This document shows, in pieces, positions 59,691 to 64,000 of a stretch of 64,000 bases of DNA (within the stretch, counting starts at the first letter, position 1; every line of letters starts with the position of its first letter). This DNA comes from Gemmatimonadales bacterium (lineage in GTDB: Bacteria; Gemmatimonadota; Gemmatimonadetes; Gemmatimonadales; GWC2-71-9): NCBI GenBank assembly GCA_039934355.1, contig JBDTMI010000014.1:9141-73140 (forward strand). Direction: 5' to 3'. Both the position numbers and the translations under genes were made by a program. The notes beneath the pieces are model-generated. The model made no database searches. It had not been told where the DNA came from and worked only from the letters and a program-made list of their open reading frames with translations.

Positions 59691-60026
59691 CTAGCGAGCA
59701 CCCCGATACATCAGGTCAACCAGCTCATCGTACATCGCCTCCGCGACCGCCGGATTCTCCGAGCGGATCGCGCTGGTGGCGCAGTGCTGCAAGTGGTTGC
59801 GGAGCAGGGTGCGGCTCAGCGAACGAAGCGCTTCCTGCACCGAACTGACCTGCGTGATGATGTCGGCGCAGTAGCGCTCCTCCTCCACCATGCGATGCAG
59901 GCCCCGCACCTGGCCCTCGATGCGACGCAGGCGCGTGAGCATGGCGGCCTTGAGCTCGGGGTCGACCGCGACCGCGTGACGATCGGGGGCGGCGCTGCCG
60001 CAGGCACAGGGTGCGGGGTCGGTCAT
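59691..60026 (-). CDS. csoR: CsoR/RcnR family metal-sensing repressor
   Basis: RLRRIEGQVRG, YCADI, HLQHC; located in the cop cluster. Confidence 0.9.
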   Translation of the reverse strand: MTDPAPCACGSAAPDRHAVAVDPELKAAMLTRLRRIEGQVRGLHRMVEEERYCADIITQVSSVQEALRSLSRTLLRNHLQHCATSAIRSENPAVAEAMYDELVDLMYRGAR

Positions 60027-60036
60027 GGAAGGCGCG

Positions 60037-62445
60037 TCATTTCGGAGAAAGGGGTGGGTGCGAAGTTGCGGTGCCGGGCGCGAGGCGAACTGCCGTTGGC
60101 CGGCCGGCGCCACGCAGCCGCAGACTGTTGGCGACCACGCACACTGAACTGAGTGCCATCGTCGCCGCGGCGATAGCCGGGCTGAGCCGGAGGCCCAGCA
60201 CCGGGTAGAGGACTCCGGCCGCCAGCGGAATGGCGACAACGTTATAGGCAAAGGCCCAGAAAAGATTCTGCCGGATGATGCGCAGCGTCTGGCGGCTCAG
60301 CAGAATCAACCGGGCCACGCCTTGCAGCTCTCCGCCAATCAGCGTCACCTGACCGGTGTGCATCGCGATGTCGCTGCCGGTCCCGATCGCGATTCCGACA
60401 TCCGCCTGGGCCAGCGCGGGCGCGTCATTGATCCCGTCGCCCACCATCGCGACTCCCCGCCCCTGCCGCTGCAGCGACACGATCTCCTCCCGTTTCCCCG
60501 CCGGCAACACTTCGGCCACCACCCGGTCCGCACCGATCTCACGTCCGACGCGTTCGGCGGCGTGACGGTTGTCGCCCGTGAGCAGCACGACCTCGAGTCC
60601 GAGGTGCTTGAGTTGCGCGACGGCGGCGGTGCTGCCCGGCTTGATGGGATCGGTGACCACGATGGCACCCTCGAAATGGCCGTCGACCGCGATGAGTGCC
60701 ACGGTCCCGCCAGCGCGCTCCGCGTCCTCCACTGCGGGGCTGGTCCACCCGATCCCAAGCTGTTCGAGCAGACGCAGGTTGCCCACGACGACGTCTCGTC
60801 CTGTCAGGCGACCCCGAACGCCGAGTCCGGCGATGTTGAGGAAGTCGGTGACCTCGGGCAGTGGCAGATCCCGACTGCGAGCGGCGGCGACGATGGCGGC
60901 ACCGATCGGGTGCTCGCTCTGACGCTCAAGTGCTGCGGCTGTGGTCAGGAGCGCGTTCTCCGCGGCCGACCCTGCGCCGCTGGCAAGAACAATTTGGGTG
61001 ACGATGGGACGGCCTTCGGTCACGGTTCCCGTCTTGTCGAGCACGACGATGCGAATGTCGCGGGAGCGTTCCAGTGCCTCGCCGCTGCGGATCAGGACCC
61101 CAAGTTCGGCGCCACGCCCGGTCGCCACCATGACCGCGGTGGGAACGGCGAGCCCCATGGCGCAGGGACAGGCGATGATCAAGACGGAGATGGCGGAGAT
61201 CACCCCCTGCATCAGGAAGCGATCGGGATCGATCAGCGCCCAGGTCGCAAAGGTGAGCAGCGCCAGCACCAGAACGACGGGGACGAATACGCGGGCGATA
61301 CGATCGGCCAGGCGCTGGACCGGCGGTCGGGTGCCCTGCGCGTCACGCACCATCTGGAGAATGCGGTCGAGGACCGAATCCCGGCCGACGCGGAGGGCCC
61401 GAACCCGCAGGGCGCCAGCGCCGTTGAGTGTGCCCCCGACCACATCATCACCGGGGCCCCGGGTGACGGGCATCGGTTCACCGGTAAGCATCGCTTCGTC
61501 GACGGCGCTGGTGCCGGAGAGGACGCGCCCGTCGACCGGGATGCGCTGTCCCGGGCGCACGAGGACGTCATCGCCCGCGAGGAGGGCGGCGAGCGGGATT
61601 TCCGTTTCGACATCGCCCCGGAGCACGACCGCCGAATCAGGTCTGAGGCCGGCAATCCGGCGGATGGCCTCGCCGGTCTGGTGCTTGGCGCGCTCCTCGA
61701 AGTAGTCGCCGAGGACCAGGAAGGCGACAATCCACAACACCGCCTCGTAGTACACATCCGGCGGCAGATGTCGGGCGACGAACCAGTCGTGATGCAGCGT
61801 CGTCGCGGCACTCAGCAGCATCGCGGCGCCGGTCCCGATGGCGATCAGCGTATTCATGTTCGTGCCGCCGTGCTTCAGCGCACGCCAGGCCCGCGCGTAG
61901 AACTGCCCACCGGAGAATGCCACTACGATGGGAGTGAGCAGGAGCATGCCGTACCGCAACCAATCGTGGCTGATGCGGAAGAGGCCGGGCCACAGCCGTT
62001 CGATTGGCGAGCTCACCAGCATCATGGCCTGCATGAAGGGATCGAAGACACCCGGGGCGGGGGTTCCCATCAGCGGGAGCGAGACGACCATCGCGAGGAC
62101 GGCTGCCACGAGCGAGACGCCTACCTTGCGACGAAGGGTTGTGATCTCGGCGGCGCGATGGGCCGTCTCCTCCAACAGCTCAGCCTCGACGGTCCGGTCG
62201 GGTGGCGGAATAAGGGCGCCGTAGCCGCTATGCTCCACGACTTCGGTGAGCGCATGGGGGGAGGTCGCCGCCGGGTTGTAGGAGACCGTCGCCGTATTGG
62301 TCATCAGGTTCACGCTGGCCTCCGATACCCCCGGCGACGATTCCAGCGCATGCTGGACCCGGGCGCTGCAGGCCGCACAGGTCATCCCGGAGATCGTGAG
62401 GGCGACGGCGGAATCCGGCACGGTAGCCTCGACACCGGTGGTCAT
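60037..62445 (-). CDS. copA: Cu(I)-translocating P1B-type ATPase
   Basis: [34 protein letters not shown] and MALSS. Confidence 0.95.
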   Translation of the reverse strand: MTTGVEATVPDSAVALTISGMTCAACSARVQHALESSPGVSEASVNLMTNTATVSYNPAATSPHALTEVVEHSGYGALIPPPDRTVEAELLEETAHRAAEITTLRRKVGVSLVAAVLAMVVSLPLMGTPAPGVFDPFMQAMMLVSSPIERLWPGLFRISHDWLRYGMLLLTPIVVAFSGGQFYARAWRALKHGGTNMNTLIAIGTGAAMLLSAATTLHHDWFVARHLPPDVYYEAVLWIVAFLVLGDYFEERAKHQTGEAIRRIAGLRPDSAVVLRGDVETEIPLAALLAGDDVLVRPGQRIPVDGRVLSGTSAVDEAMLTGEPMPVTRGPGDDVVGGTLNGAGALRVRALRVGRDSVLDRILQMVRDAQGTRPPVQRLADRIARVFVPVVLVLALLTFATWALIDPDRFLMQGVISAISVLIIACPCAMGLAVPTAVMVATGRGAELGVLIRSGEALERSRDIRIVVLDKTGTVTEGRPIVTQIVLASGAGSAAENALLTTAAALERQSEHPIGAAIVAAARSRDLPLPEVTDFLNIAGLGVRGRLTGRDVVVGNLRLLEQLGIGWTSPAVEDAERAGGTVALIAVDGHFEGAIVVTDPIKPGSTAAVAQLKHLGLEVVLLTGDNRHAAERVGREIGADRVVAEVLPAGKREEIVSLQRQGRGVAMVGDGINDAPALAQADVGIAIGTGSDIAMHTGQVTLIGGELQGVARLILLSRQTLRIIRQNLFWAFAYNVVAIPLAAGVLYPVLGLRLSPAIAAATMALSSVCVVANSLRLRGAGRPTAVRLAPGTATSHPPLSPK

Positions 62446-62654
62446 GCCAGGATGCCTTCGACCTTGTAACCCGCCGCTTCGATGGCAGCGCGGGCCGGCG
62501 CCCCCCCGTCAGGTCCATCCGGGACCACGAGCTCGGCCCGACCGATCTGGACGGATTTCACCGAGATGCCAGGGACGACAGCCAAAGCCTTATTGACCGC
62601 ATTGAGGCAGTGGCCACAGGACATGCCAGAGATTGCTAGTGTGATGTTTTGCAT
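62442..62654 (-). CDS. copZ: copper chaperone (HMA domain)
   Basis: GMSCGHC...AIEAAGY; GGAG RBS; ATGA overlap with copA. Confidence 0.88.
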   Translation of the reverse strand: MQNITLAISGMSCGHCLNAVNKALAVVPGISVKSVQIGRAELVVPDGPDGGAPARAAIEAAGYKVEGILA

Positions 62655-62709
62655 TGACTTATGTACTCCAGTCCGGATGGAAACATTCAGCAGAGTGTGG
62701 AGAAGGTAA

Positions 62710-62728
62710 TATAGGGGTGGGGGGTATA
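62710..62728. promoter_or_regulatory. putative CsoR operator
   Basis: TATA-GGGGTGGGGGG-TATA: a G/C tract flanked by an AT inverted repeat, upstream of copZ. Confidence 0.65.
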
Positions 62729-62810
62729 CAACCCGGGACTGGCGCAATCTGATCCCCGGGTGGACCATTATGCCGCGCGCGAAGGCACAGAGCCTGCCTA
62801 GAAAGACCGC

Positions 62811-64000
62811 ATGCCCCTGGGTAATGATGACTTCCGCCAACTGATTCCGCTGCTCCATCCCCGCACTCGCGTGCAGGACATGGACGTGCTGAAGGCGTGG
62901 TATGAAGCGGTGACGGGCGCGATGCGCCCCGAGCTGCCGGCGGATCTTTTCGCGCTCTGGATTTACGCTCCGGGTGGAGAACCGATCCTCATCGAACCGG
63001 AAGCGCTGGAAGCGGACCAACTCGACGTGCCGCGCGCCGAACCGATGGCCGACCAATTCATGCTCGACGAGCTTGAGGCTCGCATCCGTCGCGCGGGCTA
63101 TGGCTCCGTGCTGTTGCGCCCGATCCGCCATGGAGGTGAAGATGCGGGCCTCATCCTGCTGGCCTCGTTCACGCCGCACGTGTATGGGTTGCGCGCCGAG
63201 GGGTTGATGGACACGGCGACCGATGTGATGGGGCCGATGCTGGGGCGGGTGACGCGGGCGAGTGTGCCGGTCGAGGAGATTGCCGGGCATCACGTGTCGG
63301 CCCCGGAGCAGGAAGTCCCGCACACGGCGACCGATCTGGATAGCGATCACGCGCGTGAAGGCGAGTTGTTCGAGGCGCTGGCCAATGCGATCAGCGGGGC
63401 AGGTACCCCTCGCGACCTGATGCTCGCGTTGTCGTTCGCGCTGCAGCCGATCCTCCCGCACGACGCCTACGAGCTTCTGATCCCTGACTCCGCCGGCAAT
63501 CTGCACTACCGCCTGGGGCTGCATGGTCACGGGGTGCTCTGGGGCGAGCCGGAGCTGGTGGTGCCTCGCCACGTGCTCGATCCATTGCGGCTGATTGGCG
63601 AAGGCGGCGGCCGGCTGATCGCCGACGCGCAAGCCTCCGAGGACACGAGGGTCCCCCTCCTGGTGACGGTTCGCGGTGACGAGGTCCCGCCGCGCTCGCT
63701 GATCGCGGTGCCGCTCCGGGTGGTCGAACGACGCGTGGGATTCCTGCTGCTCGGCAGCAGCGGCCCCGATTTCTACCGCGACGATGACCTGGCGCTGCTC
63801 GACCGCGTCGGCGGGTTGCTCGCGACGCGAGTCGACAGCCTGGTGCTCTCATGGCAGCACAGTGTGTTGAAGAGCCAGTTCGACATGTTGCGCCACATCC
63901 CGATGCACCTTGCGCGTGTCGCTGAGGTGCTGGCGGGGACGCCATTGCTCGGCGAGGGGAGCAAACGATTCGTGGAGCTGGCGAGTGCCGTGCTGCCGAT
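62811..64000 (+). CDS. multi-GAF-like domain protein (3' truncated, not in the ORF track)
   Basis: Open frame from ATG 62811 to the window end. GAF-like segments SVLLRPIRHGGEDAGLILL and SLIAVPLRVVERRVGFLLLGS..FYRDDDLALL. Confidence 0.75.
   Translation, partial: MPLGNDDFRQLIPLLHPRTRVQDMDVLKAWYEAVTGAMRPELPADLFALWIYAPGGEPILIEPEALEADQLDVPRAEPMADQFMLDELEARIRRAGYGSVLLRPIRHGGEDAGLILLASFTPHVYGLRAEGLMDTATDVMGPMLGRVTRASVPVEEIAGHHVSAPEQEVPHTATDLDSDHAREGELFEALANAISGAGTPRDLMLALSFALQPILPHDAYELLIPDSAGNLHYRLGLHGHGVLWGEPELVVPRHVLDPLRLIGEGGGRLIADAQASEDTRVPLLVTVRGDEVPPRSLIAVPLRVVERRVGFLLLGSSGPDFYRDDDLALLDRVGGLLATRVDSLVLSWQHSVLKSQFDMLRHIPMHLARVAEVLAGTPLLGEGSKRFVELASAVLP

Noticed and set aside
60322-62469. 715-aa antisense ORF over copA
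   Set aside because: Mirror frame of a conserved gene with no independent coding signal.
62655-63632. Long N-terminal extension of the copZ ORF (396 aa in the track)
   Set aside because: It is antisense to the GAF-like gene; the real start at 62654 has an RBS and an upstream operator.

Overview
High-GC bacterial chromosome segment, probably Gemmatimonadota. This is inferred from gene content (TPR-linked Hanks kinases, a GWxTD lipoprotein, a PlpD-like patatin, a bacilliredoxin), not from a database match. It is mostly core housekeeping DNA and looks origin-proximal: rnpB, pyrE, polA, rnd, an atypical def, a SufR-like regulator plus sufBCDSU extended by a bacilliredoxin and a His-rich Sm-like protein, mnmG, two parS sites, a parA-parB-M23-bactofilin operon, a nucleoside-type ABC operon containing a Nif3 gene, queG, ndh, an aminotransferase-LOG-deoxyhypusine-synthase-like cluster and copZ-copA-csoR. 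I saw no transposase, integrase, prophage or CRISPR array. The best leads for undescribed biology are: (1) an AraC regulator whose receiver-like domain has Ser at the phospho-acceptor position, lying between two Ser/Thr kinase genes; (2) a bacilliredoxin plus His-rich Sm-fold-like pair appended to the suf operon; (3) many apparently leaderless genes; (4) a 56-aa ORF coupled to rnd that the ORF track misses; (5) a candidate sRNA carrying anti-Shine-Dalgarno motifs. All product calls come from motif recognition by eye; no searches were run.
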